Shown here: piece by piece, positions 29,725 to 41,787 of the stretch
Layout of the letters: the number at the start of each line of letters is the position of its first letter
How positions within the stretch are numbered: position 1 is the first letter of the stretch
Position numbers and translations under genes: made by a program
Assembly (NCBI GenBank): GCA_950097015.1
Contig: CATNEN010000001.1
Span: forward strand, 12,028,001-12,092,000
Length of the DNA stretch: 64,000 nt
Reading direction: 5' to 3'
DNA from: Macrostomum hystrix
Taxonomy: Eukaryota; Animalia; Platyhelminthes
Notes under the pieces: model-generated
Databases searched by the model: none
Seen by the model: the letters and a program-made list of their open reading frames with translations, nothing else
Told to the model about the DNA's origin: nothing

Positions 29725-32700
29725 GGGAGCTAAACTGTGGGTTTGGAAGCTACCACTGTGGGTTTGGGAGCTAAACTGTGGGTTTGGAAGCTACCACTGT
29801 GGGTTTGGGAGCTAAACTGTGGGTTTGGGAGCTACAACTGTGGGTTTGGGAGCTAAACTGTGGGTTTGGGAGCTAAACTGTGGGTTTGGGAGCTAAACTG
29901 TGGGTTTGGGAGCTAAACTGTGGGTTTGGGAGCTAAACTGTGGGTTTGGGAGCTAAACTGTGGGTTTGGGAGCTAAACTGTGGGTTTGGGAGCTAAACTG
30001 TGGGTTTGGGAGCTAAACTGTGGGTTTGGGAGCTAAACTGTGGGTTTGGGAGCTAAACTGTGGGTTTGGGAGCTACCACTGTGGGTTTGGGAGCTAAACT
30101 GTGGGTTTGGGAGCTAAACTGTGGGTTTGGGAGCTAAACTGTGGGTTTGGGAGCTAAACTGTGGGTTTGGGAGCTAAACTGTGGGTTTGGGAGCTACCAC
30201 TGTGGGTTTGGGAGCTAAACTGTGGGTTTGGGAGCTACCACAGTGGGGTTGGGAGCTAAACTGTGGGTTTGGGAGCTACCACAGTGGGGTTGGGAGCTAA
30301 ACTGTGGGTTTGGGAGCTACCACTGTGGGTTTGGGAGCTAAACTGTGGGTTTGGGAGCTAAACTGTGGGTTTGGGAGCTAAACTGTGGGTTTGGGAGCTA
30401 AACTGTGGGTTTGGGAGCTAAACTGTGGGTTTGGGAGCTACCACTGTGGGTTTGGGAGCTAAACTGTGGGTTTGGGAGCTACCACAGTGGGTTTGGGAGC
30501 TACCACTGTGGGTTTGGGAGCTAAACTGTGGGTTTGGGAGCTACCACAGTGGGTTTGGGAGCTACCACAGTGGGGTTGGGAGCTAAACTGTGGGTTTGGG
30601 AGCTACCACTGTGGGTTTGGGAGCTAAACTGTGGGTTTGGGAGCTACCACTGTGGGTTTGGGAGCTAAACTGTGGGTTTGGGAGCTACCACTGTGGGTTT
30701 GGGAGCTACCACAGTGGGGTTGGGAGCTAAACTGTGGGTTTGGGAGCTACCACAGTGGGGTTGGGAGCTAAACTGTGGGTTTGGGAGCTACCACAGTGGG
30801 GTTGGGAGCTACCACTGTGGGTTTGGGAGCTACCACTGTGGGTTTGGGAGCTACCACTGTGGGTTTGGGAGCTAAACTGTGGGTTTGGAAGCTACCACTG
30901 TGGGTTTGGGAGCTACCACAGTGGGTTTGGGAGCTAAACTGTGGGTTTGGGAGCTACCACTGTGGGTTTGGGAGCTACCACTGTGGGTTTGGGAGCTAAA
31001 CTGTGGGTTTGGGAGCTACCACAGTGGGTTTGGGAGCTACCACTGTGGGTTTGGGAGCTAAACTGTGGGTTTGGGAGCTAAACTGTGGGTTTGGGAGCTA
31101 CCACTGTGGGTTTGGGAGCTAAACTGTGGGTTTGGGAGCTACCACAGTGGGTTTGGGAGCTACCACTGTGGGTTTGGGAGCTAAACTGTGGGTTTGGGAG
31201 CTACCACAGTGGGTTTGGGAGCTAAACTGTGGGTTTGGGAGCTACCACTGTGGGTTTGGGAGCTACCACAGTGGGGTTGGGAGCTAAACTGTGGGTTTGG
31301 GAGCTACCACAGTGGGGTTGGGAGCTAAACTGTGGGTTTGGGAGCTACCACAGTGGGGTTGGGAGCTAAACTGTGGGTTTGGGAGCTACCACAGTGGGGT
31401 TGGGAGCTAAACTGTGGGTTTGGGAGCTACCACAGTGGGGTTGGGAGCTAAACTGTGGGTTTGGGAGCTACCACTGTGGGTTTGGGAGCTAAACTGTGGG
31501 TTTGGGAGCTAAACTGTGGGTTTGGGAGCTAAACTGTGGGTTTGGGAGCTAAACTGTGGGTTTGGGAGCTAAACTGTGGGTTTGGGAGCTACCACTGTGG
31601 GTTTGGGAGCTAAACTGTGGGTTTGGGAGCTACCACAGTGGGTTTGGGAGCTACCACTGTGGGTTTGGGAGCTAAACTGTGGGTTTGGGAGCTACCACAG
31701 TGGGTTTGGGAGCTACCACAGTGGGGTTGGGAGCTAAACTGTGGGTTTGGGAGCTACCACTGTGGGTTTGGGAGCTAAACTGTGGGTTTGGGAGCTACCA
31801 CTGTGGGTTTGGGAGCTAAACTGTGGGTTTGGGAGCTACCACAGTGGGTTTGGGAGCTACCACTGTGGGTTTGGGAGCTAAACTGTGGGTTTGGGAGCTA
31901 AACTGTGGGTTTGGGAGCTACCACTGTGGGTTTGGGAGCTAAACTGTGGGTTTGGGAGCTACCACAGTGGGTTTGGGAGCTACCACTGTGGGTTTGGGAG
32001 CTAAACTGTGGGTTTGGGAGCTACCACAGTGGGTTTGGGAGCTAAACTGTGGGTTTGGGAGCTACCACTGTGTGTTTGGGAGCTACCACAGTGGGGTTGG
32101 GAGCTAAACTGTGGGTTTGGGAGCTACCACAGTGGGGTTGGGAGCTAAACTGTGGGTTTGGGAGCTACCACAGTGGGGTTGGGAGCTAAACTGTGGGTTT
32201 GGGAGCTACCACAGTGGGGTTGGGAGCTAAACTGTGGGTTTGGGAGCTACCACAGTGGGGTTGGGAGCTAAACTGTGGGTTTGGGAGCTACCACTGTGGG
32301 TTTGGGAGCTAAACTGTGGGTTTGGGAGCTAAACTGTGGGTTTGGGAGCTAAACTGTGGGTTTGGGAGCTAAACTGTGGGTTTGGGAGCTAAACTGTGGG
32401 TTTGGGAGCTACCACTGTGGGTTTGGGAGCTAAACTGTGGGTTTGGGAGCTACCACAGTGGGTTTGGGAGCTACCACTGTGGGTTTGGGAGCTAAACTGT
32501 GGGTTTGGGAGCTACCACAGTGGGTTTGGGAGCTACCACAGTGGGGTTGGGAGCTAAACTGTGGGTTTGGGAGCTACCACTGTGGGTTTGGGAGCTAAAC
32601 TGTGGGTTTGGGAGCTACCACTGTGGGTTTGGGAGCTAAACTGTGGGTTTGGGAGCTACCACTGTGGGTTTGGGAGCTACCACAGTGGGGTTGGGAGCTA

Positions 32701-34397
32701 AACTGTGGGTTTGGGAGCTACCACAGTGGGGTTGGGAGCTAAACTGTGGGTTTGGGAGCTACTTACTTACTACTTACTACTGGCGGGGGGCGAGACGCCG
32801 CGAATAGGCCGCGAGGCCCCTATCGCAACCCCAAGGTAAAAGGAAGGTGGCCTCAACCTTGGGGGTGCGCCCACCCCACGCCAGCAGTCGGCAGGTTCGC
32901 CGGGGAGGCGTCGGCGACCTTCTTCCGGCCGGTGTCACGGACGAAGGCGCGAAGGTCTCGGATGTTGTCCGGAGTGGTCAGTTCGTCCATCCCTTGCGGG
33001 TGGCCGAGGTGCCAGTTGCGCGCCTTATCGAAGTAGGGGCAGAATGTCACGTGATGCGCAGCGGTTTCTTTACCTATGCCACAGAAGGGACAGGTGGGGG
33101 AGCAGCCAGTTTGTAGCGAAATGTGTCTCTGGAAGAAGCCATGGCCCGTGATGACCATGCACATCTCCCTGAGGTCAGTTCTATTAAGTGAAATCAAAAA
33201 GTCAGAGACTTTTCGGTTAATGATCGGCATGGCCATACGGGTCTGCCTATAGTCGGTGCAGCTACTCCAGTGGAGCTGGTGTTGCTGATTTAGCCACCTG
33301 TCAACAGTGCGGTTGATGAGGGATTTAGGTACCGGTACCCTGATCGGGCGGTGGTTGTTGTCCGGGTTGCTGCCATCCTTGGCGAGTTTGTCCGCGAGTT
33401 CGTTGCCAAGGATGTTGCTGTGGCCTGGGATCCAGATTAGGCTGATCCTGTTAAGGACCGCGAGTGACTGCAGGTCTCGGTGTTGGGAGCTACCACAGTG
33501 GGGTTGGGAGCTAAACTGTGGGTTTGGGAGCTACCACTGTGGGTTTGGGAGCTACCACTGTGGGTTTGGGAGCTAAACTGTGGGTTTGGGAGCTACCACT
33601 GTGGGTTTGGGAGCTACCACAGTGGGTTTGGGAGCTACCACTGTGGGTTTGGGAGCTACCACTGTGGGTTTGGGAGCTAAACTGTGGGTTTGGGAGCTAA
33701 ACTGTGGGTTTGGGAGCTAAACTGTGGGTTTGGGAGCTAAACTGTGGGTTTGGGAGCTAAACTGTGGGTTTGGGAGCTACCACTGTGGGTTTGGGAGCTA
33801 AACTGTGGGTTTGGGAGCTACCACAGTGGGTTTGGGAGCTACCACTGTGGGTTTGGGAGCTAAACTGTGGGTTTGGGAGCTACCACAGTGGGTTTGGGAG
33901 CTACCACAGTGGGGTTGGGAGCTACCACTGTGGGTTTGGGAGCTAAACTGTGGGTTTGGGAGCTACCACAGTGGGTTTGGGAGCTACCACAGTGGGGTTG
34001 GGAGCTAAACTGTGGGTTTGGGAGCTACCACTGTGGGTTTGGGAGCTAAACTGTGGGTTTGGGAGCTACCACTGTGGGTTTGGGAGCTAAACTGTGGGTT
34101 TGGGAGCTACCACTGTGGGTTTGGGAGCTACCACAGTGGGGTTGGGAGCTAAACTGTGGGTTTGGGAGCTACCACAGTGGGGTTGGGAGCTAAACTGTGG
34201 GTTTGGGAGCTACCACAGTGGGGTTGGGAGCTAAACTGTGGGTTTGGGAGCTACCACTGTGGGTTTGGGAGCTACCACTGTGGGTTTGGGAGCTAAACTG
34301 TGGGTTTGGGAGCTACCACTGTGGGTTTGGGAGCTACCACAGTGGGTTTGGGAGCTACCACTGTGGGTTTGGGAGCTACCACTGTGGGTTTGGGAGC
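29725..34397 (+). repeat. G-rich 20/21-bp satellite (gggagctaaactgtgggttt / gggagctaccactgtgggttt)
   Basis: About 4 kb of array, interrupted at 32761-33481. Confidence 0.97.
32761..33481 (-). mobile_element. 5'-truncated non-LTR retrotransposon (RNase H + C-terminal Zn finger; LOA/R1/I-group-like)
   Basis: Minus strand translates to [46 protein letters not shown]; 3' tail of agta/agt repeats. Confidence 0.9.
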
Positions 34398-35018
34398 AGC
34401 ACCTTGGATTTGGTGGATTTGGCGCACCTTTTGACTCGCAAGCACACAAAACATTTCGCCATGTGTGCATATTAGTTTGCCTGGCACAGTGAACAATGGC
34501 TCGGTCATTGTGTGTGCTATATTTAAAGGAAGAGATACAGAATGCAGTGAGTGGGTACATGCGGAGAGAGGTTGAGCAGCTAACGCGGTGAGTATAGGGC
34601 AGCTTTGCATCACCAACCGTTAGCAGCAGCAAGTGACGTTGTGAGCACGAAAAATTCTTTTTTTTAAAGTGGCCTAAATCTCTTCTCTCGGCGCAATTCA
34701 AATTAAACCCATCACAAAAACTGCCATACCTATAGGTGACCCTCCCCAGACTATTCTCGCCTAAATTAAAAAATTCATTATAACTATAGACTTGGCCATG
34801 CGAAAGAAGAATTGAGCAATGTGCTCAAGACCCAGCACTTCAAGCCTTCTAAGCCTCACTCCGATCCATTGCTAGCTAAAATGAATTCTCACAACTCCGA
34901 CTCCAAGGGCAACTGTCGGTCATAACAAACAAGCTCGCTTCCACCGAGCGAATATTTATCCATCAATTAGAGCACTGCTCCACCTGAGACCAAGGAGACC
35001 CGGCCTACCAAAGCGATC

Positions 35019-36080
35019 ATGAGAAATCTGGACACAGAGGAGCAGGTGATGATCGGCCTGACAGCCGTGTTCGCAGTACTCGGTCTGGCCTTCGCCGGAG
35101 CCGGCATCTGGTGCCTCGCCGACACGACCACACTGCTTAGCTCCGCCAACACTTTGTACTACAACAGTCAGGGCAGCAGTCTGTTCGGCTTGCAGCCCGG
35201 ATTCACCCTGGTGCCCTGCGGACTGGCGAGTGTCTTCGCTCTGCCATTCGCCATGGCCGCCGCCTGCAAGCCGTCCAAGTCCTTCCTCGTGGCCTTCATA
35301 GTGTACATGTGCATCCTGCTGCTGATTGAGCTGCCAATGACTGTCACCATGCTGGCCAGTTGGCCAACAACAAAGACGACACTGCAGAGCGCTCTCGAGA
35401 CATCCATGACCAACGACTATGTCGGGATGCCGTACAGCTACACGCACAACAAGCCGAATTCGTTGATCTTCGACAAGCTGATGCTGCAGAACAGGTGCTG
35501 CGGCATCAACTCAAACACGGACTACACCACTAGCTACAGTGTCTACGCCAGCGTGTGGTACAATGGCTACAGGTCTTACGCCCTGGGCAACGGTACCAGC
35601 TACACCTCCGCCATACCAGCCGCCTGCTGCATGTACAGCAACGTGGACACATTGATAAACAACAATGACTGGCTTAACTATCGCAACTACATGCAGAACC
35701 AACTGTGCCCGTTCAGTCAGTCCAACTCTTATACCAGCGGCTGCTACACCATCGTGACAACCTACGTGTCAAATCTGATCTCAGTCACAATGGGCTGCTA
35801 CTTCATACCAATCATAATCCAGATAGCCGCACTCATAGCAGCCGGTGTTGTGTTCCACACCGCGCACCACGTCAGCGGTGTGGCCGACTGGTCCCAGTAC
35901 GACAAGCGCGGCCTTAATAACGGACGCAACGGCTCCCGGCAGCAGCAGCAGCAGCAGAGAAATGTAGCTGGCGGGCCGCAGAAAGAGACAGGCTACTACG
36001 AAGGAAGAGCTCAGCCGGTTGGAAAAAATCCAAATCAGTATGGCGGCGGATGGGGCACTAATAGCTATCAGCGATATTAG
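35019..36080 (+). CDS. Tetraspanin family protein, single coding exon
   Basis: Four hydrophobic segments; large loop with CCG, PAACC and GC motifs (6 Cys). Confidence 0.92.
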   Translation: MRNLDTEEQVMIGLTAVFAVLGLAFAGAGIWCLADTTTLLSSANTLYYNSQGSSLFGLQPGFTLVPCGLASVFALPFAMAAACKPSKSFLVAFIVYMCILLLIELPMTVTMLASWPTTKTTLQSALETSMTNDYVGMPYSYTHNKPNSLIFDKLMLQNRCCGINSNTDYTTSYSVYASVWYNGYRSYALGNGTSYTSAIPAACCMYSNVDTLINNNDWLNYRNYMQNQLCPFSQSNSYTSGCYTIVTTYVSNLISVTMGCYFIPIIIQIAALIAAGVVFHTAHHVSGVADWSQYDKRGLNNGRNGSRQQQQQQRNVAGGPQKETGYYEGRAQPVGKNPNQYGGGWGTNSYQRY

Positions 36081-36384
36081 CGACTCTGAGAATTAACGCC
36101 TAAAACTGACTATTTACTGTAGTTATAAATCCTCGGAAAAGTATAAACGAGGTAATAGACAATTGCTCTGTTGCTTTGACTGTTCATTCGTCTGATTTCA
36201 TCGCATTTTAAATAAAAATACACACGCATCAAAATTAAAAATACTTTCCAATGTGAGATCTGAGCTATGAATATAAGAGTAAGAGGGTACGCTCGCACAA
36301 GACAGCGAAACTACCACTCCCACATTGCTGTTTTACATGTATTAAAAAAGGACGCAGATAACAGAAACGAAGGGGTGAGTGCCA

Positions 36385-36640
36385 GGGCTCGATTCCGCAG
36401 CGAGGCCACATTCAATCTCCGCCACAGCCGCGGAGAGAAGGCTTGGGGGCTTGTCGTGCAATTCACGCGCTTGAGAGGGCCAACATCCAAGGCACAGTGA
36501 GAATGTACACTGCCTGACGATAAGAAAGTCATCTGTGTGAGTGTGTGTTCAGGAGTTCAGGAATGGGCAGAATTGCCACCTAGCTGATCCTGCAGGTCTA
36601 GTGTCACCAGATGATGTGTCATTGCCCGCTGCCCCCTGCA
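36385..36640 (+). mobile_element. SINE family B copy, 5'-truncated
   Basis: gctcgattccgcagcgaggccacatt...gcttgggggcttgtcgtgcaatt matches the reverse complement of 24211-24556. Confidence 0.85.
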
Positions 36641-36782
36641 CTTATTATTAATGATGTTTTTTAATTCTGCGACTTCCTGGGGTCTTGCTAGTAGACTCAA
36701 CTTCTCAACGCCTCGAAACTTCGTGTTGTCGAAGTTGGCAGCGTTCTTGAAGTAGAGCGAAGCGTCGGACTAAAGTATGTCC

Positions 36783-38633
36783 CTCACAGAGTGACTGGTA
36801 GGGTGTGACTCTCAACTCACAGAGTGACTGGTAGGGTGTGACTGTCCACTCACAGAGTGACAGGTAGGGTGTGACTCTCCACTCACAGAGTGACTGGTAG
36901 GGTGACTCTCCACTCACAGAGTGACTGGTAGGGTGTGACTCTCCTCTCACAGAGTGACTGGTAGGGTGTGACTGTCCACTCACAGAGTGACTGGTAGGGT
37001 GTGACTCTCAACTCACAGAGTGACTGGTAGGGTGTGACTCTCCACTCACAGAGTGACTGGTAGGGTGTGACTGTCCACTCACAGAGTGACTGGTAGGGTG
37101 TGACTCTCAACTCACAGAGTGACTGGTAGGGTGTGACTCTCAACTCACAGAGTGACTGGTAGGGTGTGACTCTCAACTCACAGAGTGACTGGTAGGGTGT
37201 GACTGTCCACTCAAAGAGTGACTGGTAGGGTGTGACTCTCCACTCACAGAGTGACTGGTAGGGTGTGACTCCACCCACAGAGTGACTGATAGGGTGTGAC
37301 TCTCAACTCACATAGTGACTGGTAGGGTGTGACTCTCAACTCACAGAGTGACTGGTAGGGTGTGACTCTCAACTCACAGAGTGACTGGTAGGGTGTGACT
37401 CTAAACTCACAGAGTGACTGGTAGGGTGTGACTCTCCACTCACAGTGACTGGGAAGGTGTGACTCTCCTCTCACAGTGACTGGTAGGGCGTGACTCTCAA
37501 CTCACAGTGACTGGTAGGGCGTGACTCCACTCACAGAGTGACTGATAGGGTGTGACTCTCAACTCACATAGTGACTGGTAGGGTGTGACTCTAAACTCAC
37601 AGAGTGACTGGTAGGGTGTGACTCTCCACTCACAGTGACTGGGAAGGTGTGACTCTCCTCTCACAGTGACTGGTAGGGCGTGACTCTCAACTCACAGTGA
37701 CTGGTAGGGCGTGACTCTCCCCTCACAGAGTGACTGGTAGGGCGTGACTCTCAACTCACAGTGACTGGTAGGGCGTGACTCTCCCCTCACAGAGTGACTG
37801 GTAGGGCGTGACTCTCCCCTCACAGTGTGACTGGTAGGGTGTGACTCTCAACTCACAGAGTGACTGGGAAGGTGACTCTTAACTCACAGAGTGACTGGGA
37901 AGGTGTGACTCTCCACTCAGAGTGACTGGTAGGGCGTGACTCTCCCCTCACAGAGTGACTGGTAGGGCGTGACTCTCAACTCACAGAGTGACTGGGAAGG
38001 TGACTCTCCCCTCACAGAGTGACTGGTAGGGCGTGACTCTCAACTCACAGTGACTGGTAGGGCGTGACTCTCCCCTCACAGAGTGACTGGTAGGGCGTGA
38101 CTCTCAACTCACAGTGACTGGTAGGGCGTGACTCTCCCCTCACAGAGTGACTGGTAGGGCGTGACTCTCCCCTCACAGTGTGACTGGTAGGGTGTGACTC
38201 TCAACTCACAGAGTGACTGGGAAGGTGACTCTTAACTCACAGAGTGACTGGGAAGGTGTGACTCTCCACTCAGAGTGACTGGTAGGGTGTGACTCTCAAC
38301 TCACAGAGTGACTGGAAGGGTGTGACTGTCCACTCACAGAGTGACTGGTAGGGTGTGACTCTCAACTCACAGAGTGACTGGTAGGGTGTGACTCATCACT
38401 CACATAGTGACTGGTAGGGTGTGACTCATCACTCACAGAGTGACTGGTAGGGTGTGACTCTCAACTCACAGAGTGACTGGTAGGGTGTGACTCTCAACTC
38501 ACAGAGTGACTGGTAGGGTGTGACTCATCACTCACAGAGTGACTGGTAGGGTGTGACTCCACTCACAGAGTGACTGGTAGGGTGTGACTCATCACTCACA
38601 GAGTGACTGGTAGGGTGTGACTCATCACTCACA
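36783..38633 (+). repeat. 33-bp minisatellite (actcacagagtgactggtagggtgtgactctca)n
   Basis: About 1.85 kb array with variant units. Confidence 0.97.
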
Positions 38634-39639
38634 GGGGTATTTAGGATATTAGAATGTGTGCAATCAGAAGTAAATAAAAAACAAAAGCATTTAGAGGTAG
38701 ATTTTGATGTCAAAAATGTTCGTAAAAGTAAAAAATACAAAGGTAGTATTATATGGGTACCTATTTATTCTACAAAAACTTTCTTTGCATTTAAAAAATA
38801 CGATTGCGGTTTTTAATTTCTTTTTTAAAGAATCGAAAATACACAACGATAAACAGCATTTAGTAAACAGATTTGCAAGGATGTAGACAGGAATATAAAT
38901 AGTTGTTTTTAGCATAATTAGCAAAAATATTATATCATAGTGGTTGGTGCTTCGGGGTTATAATGTAATAAAATAACTAAAGACGATGCTTCTGTTTAAT
39001 AACCTGGGTCTTTGTTTTTTTGTACAACGCCTTAATCGAAGCATTGTCGAATACAATGTAGGACATCAGCGTGAATTCTTGGAATTCAGTTCACTACTTA
39101 CAGTAGTCCGCATATCTAAACTAAAGCATGATTAATTAAACTAATATTTAATCGAGAACAACTACACAAGAAATCTTTTAAAATTGGCATTCGAGGGAGC
39201 TAGAGTAAATAATAAATTAATTATGGAAATGTACAAATCATAATAATTTGTATAACTCAAATCTTTCTTTATCTTTAGTCTATTAAATGATCAGTAATGA
39301 AATGTAATTTATAAACTTATTAATGCATCCGAAATAATAAAGTTTATATCCACTTTCTGATAGAATCACACATTTTCGGTAGACTCAAGCAGACAAGCAG
39401 CACAAACCTGCCGCAGTCTTAAATTTATCTGATTCGAACAAAAATAATATATATACGAGTAGTTGAAACATAACTTCAAACGGAAATGTAACAACTTGGA
39501 GTTGTAAACTCGACTGTCAACTCGACTTTGGCAGGTCGTAGGTTCTGAAAAAAAATTGTAAAGAATTTATTTTTATTAAATCAATCAGGGATAGGTGTCT
39601 AGCTAAATTACATTTAAGTAGGTATCCAATAAGTTTCTA

Positions 39640-39839
39640 AGGTCTGGTCTGACCGAAGGATCGGTAGTTCGAATTTCAGTCGTGAGGAAGATGCTTAATT
39701 CCTTATTGTTCCAATTCAACTGGCTGTTCAATGGGTAGCAGCATCAGATGGGGTAGAAATTTTGGACTGTCCATTTAGTCCACGGACTGAATAGCTGTAC
39801 ATAGCGTCTGTTAGCTAAGCAAACCTAGCTTAACTGGTC

Positions 39840-39882
<43 letters not shown>
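39640..39882 (+). mobile_element. Decayed SINE family A copy followed by (aat)n
   Basis: ggtagttcgaatttc B-box-like, ggctgttcaatgggtagcagcatcag, agtccacggactgaa. Confidence 0.55.
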
Positions 39883-39884
<2 letters not shown>

Positions 39885-40175
39885 TAGGCCCTGTAGCATC
39901 ATTCCGTGACGGTAGACTCGCAGCCAGCGAGGATGCAATTCTGCCCATTCCACTGACTCCTGGATGTACGCAGGCACACACTAATACAGGTTGTGTACAT
40001 CTGCCCTGACTTTCTCGTCGTCAGGAAGTGTACACTCTCACTGTGCCTTGTAGGTTGGCCCTCAAGGGCGTCGATGGCACGACAAGCCCCCAAGCCTTCT
40101 ATCCGCGGCTGCGCCCCAAATGAATGTGGCCTCGCCGCATAATCCAACTCAGGGACTGCTCTGCCACCGACCCCT
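39885..40175 (-). mobile_element. SINE family B copy
   Basis: Collinear with 24211-24556. Confidence 0.85.
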
Positions 40176-40236
40176 GAGAACAGAATGGACTTGTGTCAAT
40201 AACGGGTCAAAAATAATCTGCGCACCCCAAAGCTAC

Positions 40237-41787
40237 TCACCCGAAGCTCTCCCAGTTCTTAGGCGCAGTCGACGCAGCGGTTGCTAGTCCATTGTTAGCC
40301 ATGGCGCCGTCCGCAGACATTAGCGGTCCAAACGGATCAACAGTCGAGGGTGATGCTGCAGCATCGCCAGTTAGGATGCCACGTTCGGAGTTTCTCAAAG
40401 GCAAAGGCGGCGGCATGTCATCCAGGTTGATCAAATCTTCATCTTTAGCGACGGTGGCTCCGGTGGCTGCGCCGTTGGCCGCTGACGGCTGCTGCTGCTG
40501 CTGCTGCCTTTGGGCTGGGACTGTCAATATCGCCTGCACCGGTTTGAACGGACTGATTTCAATGGTTTGGGTGGAGCGAATCTCAGCTCGACAGAACGGA
40601 CAGCTGCTAGTTTTGTCGTATCTATTCAACTTCTGCGACCAGTCCTTGAAGCAGGCCCGGCAAAGCAGGTGTCCGCAGGGCTCCAGCTTTAGATCTTTAT
40701 TATTTTCTGAACAGATTTTGCACAACTCAAAACTAGATTCCATGTTAGAGTAGATTTCAAATTCTTCAGCACTGACGACAATCTGCTCCTTGGCTCGGCA
40801 GGACAGCAGGAAGCGCAGGTCAGGAGCCTTGCTGGGGTCCATGCCTTTCGGATATAGATACAGCCTTTGCTCAGCGCCTTCCACTAGGGCTTCCACAATG
40901 GACTTGCCATCCCGTATCACTGTCTGGTTGACTTTGCGACTGTTGCTAACGAATCCGATTGACCAGAAGCCTAGCTTGGTGCATGATCGCCTGAAAACAA
41001 AGCTAGCTGGCCGATCGCACAGCTCTTCTAGGCATTTCTTGACCTCTTCGTAAGTCATGTTCACATAGGCTGGATGCTTCACAGCCAGCATCTTCCACGT
41101 GTTGAGAATGTTAGTCCACGGCATAAACAGGCGAGTAAAGACGTCAAATTCAAACTTGGACACAAAGTCGTTTACAGTGATGTCAATGTCGCGCTTCAGA
41201 CTCTGAGCCTCTTCGAAGCTGCTGATGCAGTGCTCGGAGCCAAATCTAAACTGAAACTCGTGCCAGGGTACCAGCACGCGATCTCCGAAGTTCCTAGCCC
41301 ACCAATCGGCCGCCTCCTGCTTAGTGACTCGGAAGTGTTCGCTAAACTCGTTGCTAGGAAAGAATACTTTGAAATCTTTGAACAGATAGGAAAGCGTCAT
41401 GGACAGCCGGATGAGAGTCTCTCGTGGCTTACTATTGCTATTGAACATTTCAGTTTTGTTCTGCCGGCAAAGAATCTTCAATTCGCGCACCTTAGCGTCT
41501 AAGCTTTCTAGGAAGATGCGAAAGAACTCATTGTAGGATAATTCAATCTGACGATCTGTGGACTCATAGTGGGCCCAGACCTGGCGCAGTTTAGTAGCGA
41601 TCTCCGGCAGAGTCTCCAGAATGAATGGCTGATAGACTTCCAAGCCGACGCTACTAAGGAAGCGAATCACCTTGGAGATGCGCTTGTAGATACCGTCCAG
41701 ATGCTTGGATTCTAGCGGCCTGGACCGATCGCAGACGTCATCTTTGCGAAGCGACGGAAATTTTAGCTTGGCATTGGAAGAAGCCAT
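40237..41787 (-). CDS. CBL: E3 ubiquitin ligase CBL-like (TKB + linker + RING)
   Basis: DITVNDFVSKFEFDVFTRLFMPW, FRRSCTKLGFWSIG, linker-RING YSNMESSFELCKICSENNKDLKLEPCGHLLC...CPFCRAEI, PPPLPLR. Confidence 0.95.
   Translation of the reverse strand: MASSNAKLKFPSLRKDDVCDRSRPLESKHLDGIYKRISKVIRFLSSVGLEVYQPFILETLPEIATKLRQVWAHYESTDRQIELSYNEFFRIFLESLDAKVRELKILCRQNKTEMFNSNSKPRETLIRLSMTLSYLFKDFKVFFPSNEFSEHFRVTKQEAADWWARNFGDRVLVPWHEFQFRFGSEHCISSFEEAQSLKRDIDITVNDFVSKFEFDVFTRLFMPWTNILNTWKMLAVKHPAYVNMTYEEVKKCLEELCDRPASFVFRRSCTKLGFWSIGFVSNSRKVNQTVIRDGKSIVEALVEGAEQRLYLYPKGMDPSKAPDLRFLLSCRAKEQIVVSAEEFEIYSNMESSFELCKICSENNKDLKLEPCGHLLCRACFKDWSQKLNRYDKTSSCPFCRAEIRSTQTIEISPFKPVQAILTVPAQRQQQQQQPSAANGAATGATVAKDEDLINLDDMPPPLPLRNSERGILTGDAAASPSTVDPFGPLMSADGAMANNGLATAASTAPKNWESFG

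Noticed and set aside
29725-34397. Telomeric repeat
   Set aside because: The unit is 20/21 bp rather than TTAGGG-like, and the array is interstitial between genes.
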